A stretch of DNA of 64,000 nucleotides from Candidatus Poribacteria bacterium (GTDB taxonomy: Bacteria > Poribacteria > WGA-4E > WGA-3G), in the NCBI GenBank assembly GCA_028820635.1, contig JAPPIG010000116.1, positions 6,041-70,040 on the forward strand, in the 5' to 3' direction. A program made the position numbers and the translations under genes. The notes under the pieces are model-generated. The model made no database searches. It worked only from the letters and a program-made list of their open reading frames with translations, and had not been told where the DNA came from. Shown here in pieces: positions 1 to 8,805 of this stretch; positions within the stretch are counted from its first letter, which is position 1, and every line of letters starts with the position of its first letter.

Positions 1-8
1 GCCTACTA

Positions 9-1163
9 TTATGGATCAATTTGCTGATAAAACTGCTTTTCTCCATCTTTAATAGTAAAGATCACAGCACTTTTGGTGGGTTGACGGTTTTCGTTATAAC
101 GAGCAATGTTTGTCGCACCAATATAGTTTTCTGTGGCAGCGAGTTGCTCGCGTATCGCATCTGGTTCAAGACTGCCTGCGCGTTCTATCGCTTCAAAAAG
201 CAATTTGACCGCATCATAACTTACAGCAACGCCCCCTGTCGGTGTAGATTCATAAACAGACATGTAAGTGTCAACGAAAGCGCGGGCATTCGGTTCGTTT
301 GTATCCGGCGAAAAGTGACCACTGAAGTAACTACCTTCTATTTCAGCACTTTCATCGTTAAACAGTAAGGTACTGTCCCACGAATCTGCGCCGAGAAAAA
401 CTGTGGGTTCACCAGCGGCGTTTTGCAACGGAATTGCCCGTGCCTGTTGTGTAATATCTGCAATGTCTTGAACAAAACCGGCTGTGAAAAGTGCATCAGG
501 TTTCATTTCTGCGATTTGTGTCAACTGCTCTGAGAAATCGGTTGTCCCGCTATCAAAGGATGCTTGTGCAACCACATTTCCACCAAGTGAAGTAAAATTA
601 GACGCAAAAAATTCGGATATCCCTTCTGTATAGAGGTCACCGCTTCGTGTTATGATGGCAGCGGTTGAAATACCGAGTTCCATTTTCGCAAATTGTGCCA
701 TAACAGCACCTTGAAAACTGTCCGTGAAGGATGCCATAAACACAAAGTCACCTGCTTGTGTAACATTTGGATTCGTTGCAGTTGTGGTAACCATCGGTAT
801 CCGATGTTTTTGTGCGACTGGACCTACCACAGCAGCGTGAGATGAACGGTTCGGTCCAATCAAAGCGACGATTTCATCTTCAACAATCAGCGACTCAGCA
901 AGTTGGACAGAGACTTCTGGGACAGCCTCTTTGTTAATATGACCAATCAATTCAACTTGCATCCCAAATAGTCCGCCTTGCTGGTTAATTTCTGTTACCG
1001 CCATTTCCGCACCGTTCGGATAGGTGACACGTTGTCCAGCAACGATAAAACCGATTTTCACAGTTGGCTCTGGCGTGGGGGCAAGAACCCTTTTGACGTT
1101 ATCACATCCAATGAATGTTAATACTAACAAACTTAAACATAATGTTGCTATTGATTTCTGCAT
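9..1163 (-). CDS. Branched-chain amino acid ABC transporter substrate-binding lipoprotein (LivJ/LivK-like)
   Basis: Lipobox-like FIGC; KIGFI, AVTEIN-x-x-GG, ALIGP, TDFSEQLTQI and SYDAV motifs of the Peripla_BP_6 fold. Confidence 0.85.
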   Translation of the reverse strand: MQKSIATLCLSLLVLTFIGCDNVKRVLAPTPEPTVKIGFIVAGQRVTYPNGAEMAVTEINQQGGLFGMQVELIGHINKEAVPEVSVQLAESLIVEDEIVALIGPNRSSHAAVVGPVAQKHRIPMVTTTATNPNVTQAGDFVFMASFTDSFQGAVMAQFAKMELGISTAAIITRSGDLYTEGISEFFASNFTSLGGNVVAQASFDSGTTDFSEQLTQIAEMKPDALFTAGFVQDIADITQQARAIPLQNAAGEPTVFLGADSWDSTLLFNDESAEIEGSYFSGHFSPDTNEPNARAFVDTYMSVYESTPTGGVAVSYDAVKLLFEAIERAGSLEPDAIREQLAATENYIGATNIARYNENRQPTKSAVIFTIKDGEKQFYQQIDP

Positions 1164-1213
1164 ATAAAGTTCCTTTATTACGACATAGGAGAATGTATAC
1201 TCCTTTAAATGTC

Positions 1214-1330
1214 CTGAGTAATTTAGTTTTAGCGTTTTTTGGCATTTGCTCGGAAGTCGCGAGCTGGAACTCGCTCCTACAGAAGAGTTTTGAGTAAAAG
1301 TTTAAACGATAAGAGAACTAAATGACTCTA
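1214..1330. mobile_element. Degenerate MITE carrying one GTAG-REP arm
   Basis: Imperfect TIR CTGAGTAATTTAGTTTT / AGAACTAAATGACTCTA; flanks TTAAATGTC and TCAAATGTA (7/9); internal GTCGCGAGCTGGAACTCGCTCCTAC. Confidence 0.5.
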
Positions 1331-1531
1331 TCAAATGTAAAAATACCTTTTCTTTCTTTCAAATTTTTGTTAAAATGAAAAAACTTATGCTGATGGCACC
1401 CCCACCTCGTGATTCTAAAAATCAGTAACGAGGATACCGCCTATCCAAGCACAATGAACTTTTAATTAATATCATTAATTTATGAAAATAAGCAAGTATT
1501 TTCTACGAATGTTGTATAGGTCTACAAATTT

Positions 1532-2269
1532 ATGGAAATTTTAATCACTGTGATTGGTCGTGGGCATTCTGGGACGCGTGCCATTTCACATACGTTGTAC
1601 GCCAGCGGCGTTTTTATGGGTAGCCAACTAAATCCCTCTGGCGACAAGATTCCGCCGCACGCAATGTACGATGCATGTCGAGTAATGGCAAAATATGTCA
1701 AATGGAAGGGTGGTTTATCGTGGAATTTCGATCCGTTGTTCACAATGCCGATTGACCCAGAGTTTGAGCAGCTTATCAATACCTATTTATCGGATGTACT
1801 GAACGACAAATCCGAAAATAAAGGATGGAAGATACCTGAGACAACCCTTGTTTATCCTTGGATAACGCGTATGTTTCCAGAGATACGCTATATCCATTGG
1901 ATTCGTGATCCAAGGGATTGTATTTTGGGGAGTCACAAAACAGATAATTTACGCGACTTCGGCATCGAATATCAGCAAACGGATGATATTTACGAAAGAC
2001 GTGCGATTTCTTGGTACTATCAATATCAGTTGATGAAAGCCACACCGAAACCGAAACATGTAATTCAAATCCGATTTGAGGATTTCGTGCTGAAACAGGA
2101 GGAGACACTCAAAAGGCTTGAAGCATATTTAGGTATTCCGTTAGGGCGGATTATAGTGCGTCCAGAAGCGGTTGCACGTTGGAAAAGAGTTGACAAGCCT
2201 TGTGAACTCCCTTTTGATTTTTTGCGCGAGGCTATTATTGAAAACGGTTATACATTAACAGCAGATTAA
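1532..2269 (+). CDS. Sulfotransferase family protein
   Basis: N-terminal IGRGHSGT (5'-PSB-like), GWKIP, HWIRDPRD (3'-PB-like), IRFEDF. Confidence 0.8.
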   Translation: MEILITVIGRGHSGTRAISHTLYASGVFMGSQLNPSGDKIPPHAMYDACRVMAKYVKWKGGLSWNFDPLFTMPIDPEFEQLINTYLSDVLNDKSENKGWKIPETTLVYPWITRMFPEIRYIHWIRDPRDCILGSHKTDNLRDFGIEYQQTDDIYERRAISWYYQYQLMKATPKPKHVIQIRFEDFVLKQEETLKRLEAYLGIPLGRIIVRPEAVARWKRVDKPCELPFDFLREAIIENGYTLTAD

Positions 2270-2297
2270 CCATAAAGAAAAACAGTGAGGAACTATT

Positions 2298-3323
2298 ATG
2301 CCCAAAAATGGAATCTACCAAGTTGGATTGGTTGGGACTGGCGGAATTGCTCGTGCCCATGGCGGGGCGTGTCAAGCAGCACCGAGTGCTGAATTAGCGG
2401 CAATCCATGATGTATCGGAAGGCGCATTAGCCGGTTTTGGTGAGCAGTTCGATGTTGCTCCTGAAAATCGTTATACCTCTTTGGAAGAGATGTTGGAATC
2501 TGAAGATTTGGATATTGCGGTCATCTGCACGTGGGGTGCATTTCACGCTGAAGTTGGCATAAAAATATGCGAATCCCGTCAAGTGAAAGCGGTTCTGTGT
2601 GAAAAACCTTTCACATCAACAGCCGCAGAAGCAGAGGCATTCGTTGGCGCAGCGCAAGAGAACGATGTTCTTGTCGCTGAAGCGTTTAAGTTTCGCCATC
2701 ATCCGATGCACATAAAAGCAAAAGAATTGGTCGACTCTGGTGCAATCGGTGAGTTTATGACACTTCGCAGCACTTTCTGCACTGGTGGCGGGGGTGGCGG
2801 TCCCGAAAGCCGTAAACCTGAAGCAAATTGGCGGTTTAACAAAGCAAAGGGGGGTGGTAGTATTTACGATTTGGCATGCTACAATATCCACCACGCACGG
2901 TTTATGTTCGGTGCTGAACCGATTCGAGTGTCGGGAGCGTCTCAAGCTGGATTGGAAGTTGATGATGCTTCCTACTTACTCTTAGTATTCCCCAATGAAA
3001 AAACTGCCCAGATTTCTACCGGTTTCAATTGTGCTGGTGGACAGTATGCTGAAATTACAGGTTTAGGAGGCATGCTTCGAATTGATGCCGCATGGAATAA
3101 TGGAGGTTCTCCTGTTAATATTGTTTTACAGAACAGGGATGGTCGTGAAGTGATTGATATTGATCCTGTTAATCAGTTTGCATTGCAGCTTGAGCACATG
3201 TGTGAATGTTTGAAAACAGGACAACCGCACCGTATCTCACCGGAAAGTTGCGTGAACCAGATGCGCGTCATTGATGCTGCTTTTGAAGCAATGGCAACAG
3301 GACGCACAGTTGAATTAGGATAA
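2298..3323 (+). CDS. Gfo/Idh/MocA family oxidoreductase
   Basis: VGTGGIA Rossmann motif, LCEKP, GGGSIYDLACY. Confidence 0.9.
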   Translation: MPKNGIYQVGLVGTGGIARAHGGACQAAPSAELAAIHDVSEGALAGFGEQFDVAPENRYTSLEEMLESEDLDIAVICTWGAFHAEVGIKICESRQVKAVLCEKPFTSTAAEAEAFVGAAQENDVLVAEAFKFRHHPMHIKAKELVDSGAIGEFMTLRSTFCTGGGGGGPESRKPEANWRFNKAKGGGSIYDLACYNIHHARFMFGAEPIRVSGASQAGLEVDDASYLLLVFPNEKTAQISTGFNCAGGQYAEITGLGGMLRIDAAWNNGGSPVNIVLQNRDGREVIDIDPVNQFALQLEHMCECLKTGQPHRISPESCVNQMRVIDAAFEAMATGRTVELG

Positions 3324-3332
3324 CAGATTTAA

Positions 3333-3425
3333 ATGGCTATCGGTTTTCAGTCTTCGGCTATCAGCAGGAATGGCTATCGGTTGACAACAATTATTCTGAC
3401 TGCTGATGGCTGATGGCTGACTGCT
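3333..3425. repeat. Inverted array of 7-mer repeats (GCTATCG / CTGAYKG)
   Basis: tggctatcgg...ggctatcagc...tggctatcgg facing ctgactgctgatggctgatggctgactgc. Confidence 0.6.
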
Positions 3426-3442
3426 GTAATCCTGGCAATTAT

Positions 3443-4141
3443 ATGGCAAATTTTGTAGACACGAAAGCACTTACCTTTGACTTATTCGGGACAATTTTAG
3501 ATTTAGGCGGCAGTCTTACGCCATTTATCCGCGAATCTTTAGATAATCACGATGCTTCCGATATATTTGCGGGTGATTTTTGGGAACAGTGGCGTTACCG
3601 ACAACGGATAGAGCAGTATCAGGACACAATAATGATGCTTGGGCATAGTGGGTATCTGGAAACGGTACGCCGCGCGCTCCACTACACGTTAAGACGGAAC
3701 GGCATTAATGCTTCAAGTAGTACGGTTGAAGAATTCATGCGGGGATGGCAACACTTGTCGCCTTTTTTAGAGGTTTTACCTGCGCTTGAACGACTGCAAT
3801 CTCGGTATCAGTTAGTAGTATTGTCCAACGGGGATCCAGATTTTTTAGAATATCTTGTTACAGAACGGGTTGCATGGGATTTTGACGATGTTATCTCAGT
3901 TACATCTGTTGGCGCATTTAAGCCGCATCCAGCAGTTTATCGTAGTGCTGCTGGGAAGCTGCGTCTTGAAGTTAGTGAATGTCTGATGGTATCTGCCAAT
4001 TCATTTGACATTATGGGCGCGCGGGCGTGTGGGTATAGAGGGGCATTTGTTAACCGCTATAATCTACCTTATGAGGATACACAGTTTCAACCCGATGTGA
4101 CCGTGAACGATTTTACGGAATTGGCAGATGCATTGCTATAG
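3443..4141 (+). CDS. Haloacid dehalogenase type II (HAD superfamily)
   Basis: FDLFGT, LSNG, FKPHPAVY, VSANSFDIMGA; start moved to ATG 3443 because the upstream ATG lies in the 7-mer repeat. Confidence 0.88.
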   Translation: MANFVDTKALTFDLFGTILDLGGSLTPFIRESLDNHDASDIFAGDFWEQWRYRQRIEQYQDTIMMLGHSGYLETVRRALHYTLRRNGINASSSTVEEFMRGWQHLSPFLEVLPALERLQSRYQLVVLSNGDPDFLEYLVTERVAWDFDDVISVTSVGAFKPHPAVYRSAAGKLRLEVSECLMVSANSFDIMGARACGYRGAFVNRYNLPYEDTQFQPDVTVNDFTELADALL

Positions 4142-4155
4142 GCACTGACATTTTA

Positions 4156-6096
4156 CTATTTTGTGTCATCTGAAGCAGCGGCGATGCTCCATAGAAGTAT
4201 CGTTCCATCCGCACTTCCGCTTACAAGGGTACTTCCATCTGTATTGAAAGTGACACTGTTGACATCCCCTGTATGTCCCTTGAACGTCCAAATGTGTTTA
4301 CCTGTTTCAACATCCCATAGACGGATGGTATTGTCCGCACTCCCACTTGCGAGCGTGCTACCTTCCGGACTGAAAACAACGCTATTGACATTACTTGTAT
4401 GTCCTTTGAGTGTTTGCTTGAGTTTACCCGTCTTCGCATCCCACAATAGAATAGCATCCATCTCTTCACTCCACACTATATGACACCCACCCGCAAGTAT
4501 TTTTCCATCCGGACTAAACGCAACACTATTGATCTCTCCCATATTACCCGGAAGTGTCAGTTTGAGATTACCCGTCCCAACATCCCAAAGATGGATGGCC
4601 TTGTTCCCAAAATTATCCTCTCCATTATACGTTGCTTTGCCTCCACTTGCGATCATCTTCCCATCTGGGCTGAACGCCACACTGTTGACTTGCTCTTCAT
4701 GTCCATGGAGTGTAAGTATGTGTTTACCCGTCACAACATTCCAAAGATGGACGGAAGCATAACTCCCACTTGCTAATGTGCTACCCTCCGGGTTATACGT
4801 TAAGCTGGAAACACTCCCCGAATCTTGAGTAAGTGTCTGCTTGAGTTTTCCCGTAACCACATCCCATAGACGTATAGAACTTTCATAACTTCCACTCGCC
4901 AAAGTGCTACCATCTGGACTAAACACTACACTGCTAATATCACGGTCATGTCCTATTAGTGTGTGCTTGAGTGTTTTTGACTCCACGTCCCACACAAATA
5001 TGATACCACCACCACTCACCATGATATTTTTTTTAGAATTGAACGCTAAACTATTAACTGGGTCAGTAAAACCTGTGAGTGTATGGTTGTTCGTTCTTGT
5101 GGCAACATCCCAGACACGAATAATATTGTCGGAACTTGCACTTGCAAGCATTTCTCCATTCGGACTATAGGTAATACTTATGTTTTGACCAGTGTCTGTA
5201 AGTATGCGTGCCTGTTTACCCGTGGCGGCATCCCATAAACGAATATTATCCCAACCTCCGCTTGCGAACGTATGGTCCTTAGCACGGAACGCAAGACTTC
5301 TGACCGAATGCGTATGTCCTGTGAGTGTGCGTTTCAGTTTACCCGTGTCAACATCCCAGACTCGGATGGTATTGTCACTACTTGCACTTACTACCGTTTC
5401 TTTATCCGGCCCGAATGAAACACTGTTTATCCAATCTGTATGTCCTGCAAGTGTATGTAGTTGTTTACCTGTGTCAGCATCCCATAATTGGACAATATAC
5501 CCGGGCCAAGCCTCACCACTTGCAAATGTTTTACCATCTGGACTAAACGCCAAAGAATTGACCTGTCCTTGTGCTGTGAGTGTGCGTATGTGTTTGCCCG
5601 TAGCGGTATCCCACATTAGGACTTGAGCACCAAATATTTCACCTCCGCCACGTTCTCCAGTACTTCCACTTATAAGTGTACTACCATTTGGATTAAACGC
5701 AATACTGTAAACTCCATGTAGATGCCCTGTGAGTGTGCGCTTATGCTTGCCCGTTTTCACATCCCAAAGTCTTACAGACTTGTCCGCACTCCCACTCGCG
5801 AGCGTGCTACCATCAGGGCTGAAAGCAATACAATTTACGTTCTCCGTATGACCTGTCAGCAGAGCGATTTCTTTATAGGTTGCAGTATCATAAAGCCAAA
5901 TTCCGATAGAACCAGCAACTGCAAAACGTGTGCCATCCGGTGAATATTGTATTTGATTTATAGTGCCTTTACCGAACCGTGCTTTAGCTCCTTCGGGCAA
6001 ACTGAATTGTGTAGAATATTGGGCAAAAGTGTTCGGAAGATATAGTATTAAAAAGAGAAATAGTGTTGAAAAGAGAGGAAATAATAACTTTTTCAT
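4156..6096 (-). CDS. Secreted WD40-repeat protein without C-terminal dockerin/sorting module
   Basis: Signal peptide ending TFA-Q; LPEGAKARFGKG cap; about 14 GH...FSPDG..LASG..D.TIRLWD repeats. Confidence 0.93.
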   Translation of the reverse strand: MKKLLFPLFSTLFLFLILYLPNTFAQYSTQFSLPEGAKARFGKGTINQIQYSPDGTRFAVAGSIGIWLYDTATYKEIALLTGHTENVNCIAFSPDGSTLASGSADKSVRLWDVKTGKHKRTLTGHLHGVYSIAFNPNGSTLISGSTGERGGGEIFGAQVLMWDTATGKHIRTLTAQGQVNSLAFSPDGKTFASGEAWPGYIVQLWDADTGKQLHTLAGHTDWINSVSFGPDKETVVSASSDNTIRVWDVDTGKLKRTLTGHTHSVRSLAFRAKDHTFASGGWDNIRLWDAATGKQARILTDTGQNISITYSPNGEMLASASSDNIIRVWDVATRTNNHTLTGFTDPVNSLAFNSKKNIMVSGGGIIFVWDVESKTLKHTLIGHDRDISSVVFSPDGSTLASGSYESSIRLWDVVTGKLKQTLTQDSGSVSSLTYNPEGSTLASGSYASVHLWNVVTGKHILTLHGHEEQVNSVAFSPDGKMIASGGKATYNGEDNFGNKAIHLWDVGTGNLKLTLPGNMGEINSVAFSPDGKILAGGCHIVWSEEMDAILLWDAKTGKLKQTLKGHTSNVNSVVFSPEGSTLASGSADNTIRLWDVETGKHIWTFKGHTGDVNSVTFNTDGSTLVSGSADGTILLWSIAAASDDTK

Positions 6097-6212
6097 GTAG
6101 TGTTCTCCTTTGTAGGAATTGGCTGTAGTTTACAGAATGCCACATGCAATTTATGTGATTTCTGTTTATGAGTTAAGTATCTCCTAAAGAAGATTAAATG
6201 TCAACTGTCAAT

Positions 6213-6243
6213 AAAAAAAGAGGGCAGACCGAAGTCTGCCCTC
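6213..6243 (-). terminator. Intrinsic terminator of the six-gene WD40 operon
   Basis: GAGGGCAGAC-TTCG-GTCTGCCCTC perfect 10-bp stem with cUUCGg loop followed by T7 on the minus strand, just after the stop at 6260. Confidence 0.9.
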
Positions 6244-6259
6244 AATAAATCTGAATATA

Positions 6260-8797
6260 TTATTTCCGTATCAACATCCTGCGTGTTGCTGTAAAATTAC
6301 CTACTGTTAGCGTATAAAAATAGACGCCACTTGCCACAGGTTCACCAACCTCATTCTTACCGTTCCAATATGCAGCACTATCCCGCTGCTGGTAGAGTCC
6401 TGCAGGCTGGTATCCTACATTTAATGTTCGAATCAACTTCGCATCAGAAGCATAAATCTGGATTGTTACATCTGCTGGTTCTGCCAACTGATACGGTATC
6501 CACGTTTCTGGGTTGAACGGGTTCGGATAGTTCGGGAGAAGTACTGTCTCTTTCGGTGTTAATGTGATCAAGAGTTGTTCAAGAAAACGGATGCCTTTTT
6601 GTGATGTTACATCTGTAAGGTTTAATTGTTGTGCTTGGGCAAGCCACTTTTGCAAATCTTTTGCGTTGAACGCGGTAAGTGTCTTTTGATACAAGGATGG
6701 TGCTCCCGCGTTATCTAACGCTGCTGCTACCTTGATAAGATCCGCAATATCAACCACACCATCACCATTTACATCTGCAGGATTTGGACCTGTTTGTCCG
6801 AAGTTTGCAGCAACAACCACCAAATCGTAGACATCTTCAACACCATCGCCGTTGACATCTGTTTCTAAAGATGGAGGTATAATTATTGTGGTAAAATCCC
6901 ACAGAAGAATGGTACCGTCGCTACTTGCAGTTGCGAGAATACTACCATCAGGACTAAAGGCAACAGTCGGAACACCGCTCTTATGTCCTGGAAGTGTTGC
7001 AATCTGTTCTCCCGTAGCAGGATTCCACAGATGCACTGTTGAGTCACTATAACCACCTCCGCTCACAAGAGTCTTGCCGTCAGGACTAAACGCGATACTT
7101 CTGAAACTGTTAGAAAGACCACTTATTGCGGTGTTAAGTTCCCCAGTAAGAATATCCCAAATTCGGATTTCACGCCCGCCTGCACATGCGAGTGTTCTAC
7201 CATCTGGACTAAAAGCGATGCTTGAAATAGAATAAGGGTGCCGGAAATATGTATCTTGACTATGTCTACTGTTAATATTCCAAAGATGTGTTTTATAGTC
7301 GCTTCCTCCGAAGGCAAGTGTTTCCCCATCGGGACTGAATGCAAGGTTACGAACACTATATCTGTCTCCAGGAAAAGTAACCAGATGATATCCTGTCGCA
7401 ACATCCCATAGGGTTACTCTACTATCAGCACTTCCAGTAGCCAGAATTCGTCCATCAGGGCTGAAGACGACGCTACTAACACTACGATTATGTCCAAGAA
7501 TCGTTGTAATATGTGTTTCAGAGACCGCATCCCACAATTTTACCGTATAATCATCCGAAAAAAATCTGCTGCTGATTGAACTAAAGTTAGCACTACTTGC
7601 AAGAGTTCGTCCATCGGAACTAAAAGCAACTGATTCAATACCGCCCACATGTCCAATTAGAGTCGCTTTGTTTCTACCGTTGGCAGTATCCCAAAGGTAC
7701 AAATTTCTATCCCATCCTCCACTTACAAGGGTACGTCCATCCGGACTGAAGGCTATACTGGAGAAATCCACAATATGTCCATTGATAGTTTTTATTGGTT
7801 CAAAAGTCTTAGCATCCCAGAGTATCACATTACCATCCCAGCTTCCACTTGCAAGGGTGCGTCCATCTGGACTAAACGCAACACTCACAACACCACCTTT
7901 GTGTGCAAACAGAGCTGTCTTGAACCTCTCACTTGCTACATCCCATAGGCATACAACACCATCCTCACCAGCACTGGCGAGTGTGGTTCCATTTGGATTG
8001 AATGCAACGCTTCTGATGCCTTCAGTATGTCCATAGAGGGTTACTTTCAAATCTCCTGTAGCTACATCCCAGAGTCGTACCTTTTCATCTAACCATCCTC
8101 CGGCACTTGCAAGAATCTGTCCATCGGGACTGAATGCGATGTCAGAGACATCGTCTGTATGTCCTATTAGGGTTGTTATGAGTGTTTCCGTAGCCAAATC
8201 CCAGAGTTCAACTGTGTGATCATCGGTTGCTCCGGCACTTGCAAAAAGTTGCCCATTGGAACTATACGTAACAGTAGTAATGTTTCCAACATTTCCAGCT
8301 ATTGAGGATTTGAGGGTTTCTGTTTCAATGTTCCAAAACATTATCGTGTCATCTTTATGTTCTCCACTACTTGCAAGAGTAGTTTCATCGGGACTGAATG
8401 CGATATCAGAGACATCGTCTGTATGCTCTGTTAGGGTTGTTTTAAGATTTCCTGTATCAACATCCCAAAGGAGCACCTCATGAGAACTGCCAGCAGCAAC
8501 GGTACGTCCGTCAGTACTGAAAGCAACACTTGAGATCTCGTCAGAATTACCGGTAAGCAACTTCAGTTCTTTACCAGTGTGTCCATCATAAATCCATACT
8601 CCGATCGAACTTCCAACAGCGAGTAGTGAATTATCTGGAGAGAAGACAATATCGCCGGATATGCTGCCTTTTCCTATACGAAGATATGCTCCCTCAGGCA
8701 ATTTCCATTGATTATAACCTTGCGCAAATGTGGTCGGTAGAAATTGCGTTAAAATGAGCAAGAATATTAAAATCAAAAGTCGCATCGTTTTCATCAA
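6260..8797 (-). CDS. Secreted WD40 + dockerin-like + FlgD/T9SS-A-like C-terminal domain protein, subtype B (B3)
   Basis: Signal peptide, WD40 repeats, two DVNGDGxVD/EDxxDL Ca-binding repeats, LLPNYPNPFNPETWIPYQL...ASGVYFY tail; FSDDY loop. Confidence 0.92.
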   Translation of the reverse strand: MMKTMRLLILIFLLILTQFLPTTFAQGYNQWKLPEGAYLRIGKGSISGDIVFSPDNSLLAVGSSIGVWIYDGHTGKELKLLTGNSDEISSVAFSTDGRTVAAGSSHEVLLWDVDTGNLKTTLTEHTDDVSDIAFSPDETTLASSGEHKDDTIMFWNIETETLKSSIAGNVGNITTVTYSSNGQLFASAGATDDHTVELWDLATETLITTLIGHTDDVSDIAFSPDGQILASAGGWLDEKVRLWDVATGDLKVTLYGHTEGIRSVAFNPNGTTLASAGEDGVVCLWDVASERFKTALFAHKGGVVSVAFSPDGRTLASGSWDGNVILWDAKTFEPIKTINGHIVDFSSIAFSPDGRTLVSGGWDRNLYLWDTANGRNKATLIGHVGGIESVAFSSDGRTLASSANFSSISSRFFSDDYTVKLWDAVSETHITTILGHNRSVSSVVFSPDGRILATGSADSRVTLWDVATGYHLVTFPGDRYSVRNLAFSPDGETLAFGGSDYKTHLWNINSRHSQDTYFRHPYSISSIAFSPDGRTLACAGGREIRIWDILTGELNTAISGLSNSFRSIAFSPDGKTLVSGGGYSDSTVHLWNPATGEQIATLPGHKSGVPTVAFSPDGSILATASSDGTILLWDFTTIIIPPSLETDVNGDGVEDVYDLVVVAANFGQTGPNPADVNGDGVVDIADLIKVAAALDNAGAPSLYQKTLTAFNAKDLQKWLAQAQQLNLTDVTSQKGIRFLEQLLITLTPKETVLLPNYPNPFNPETWIPYQLAEPADVTIQIYASDAKLIRTLNVGYQPAGLYQQRDSAAYWNGKNEVGEPVASGVYFYTLTVGNFTATRRMLIRK

Positions 8798-8805
8798 TTC
8801 TCCTC

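Noticed and set aside
1385-1455. Hairpin CCTCGT...ACGAGG upstream of the sulfotransferase as a riboswitch
   Set aside because: No match to a riboswitch consensus I recognise; an Rfam scan would be needed
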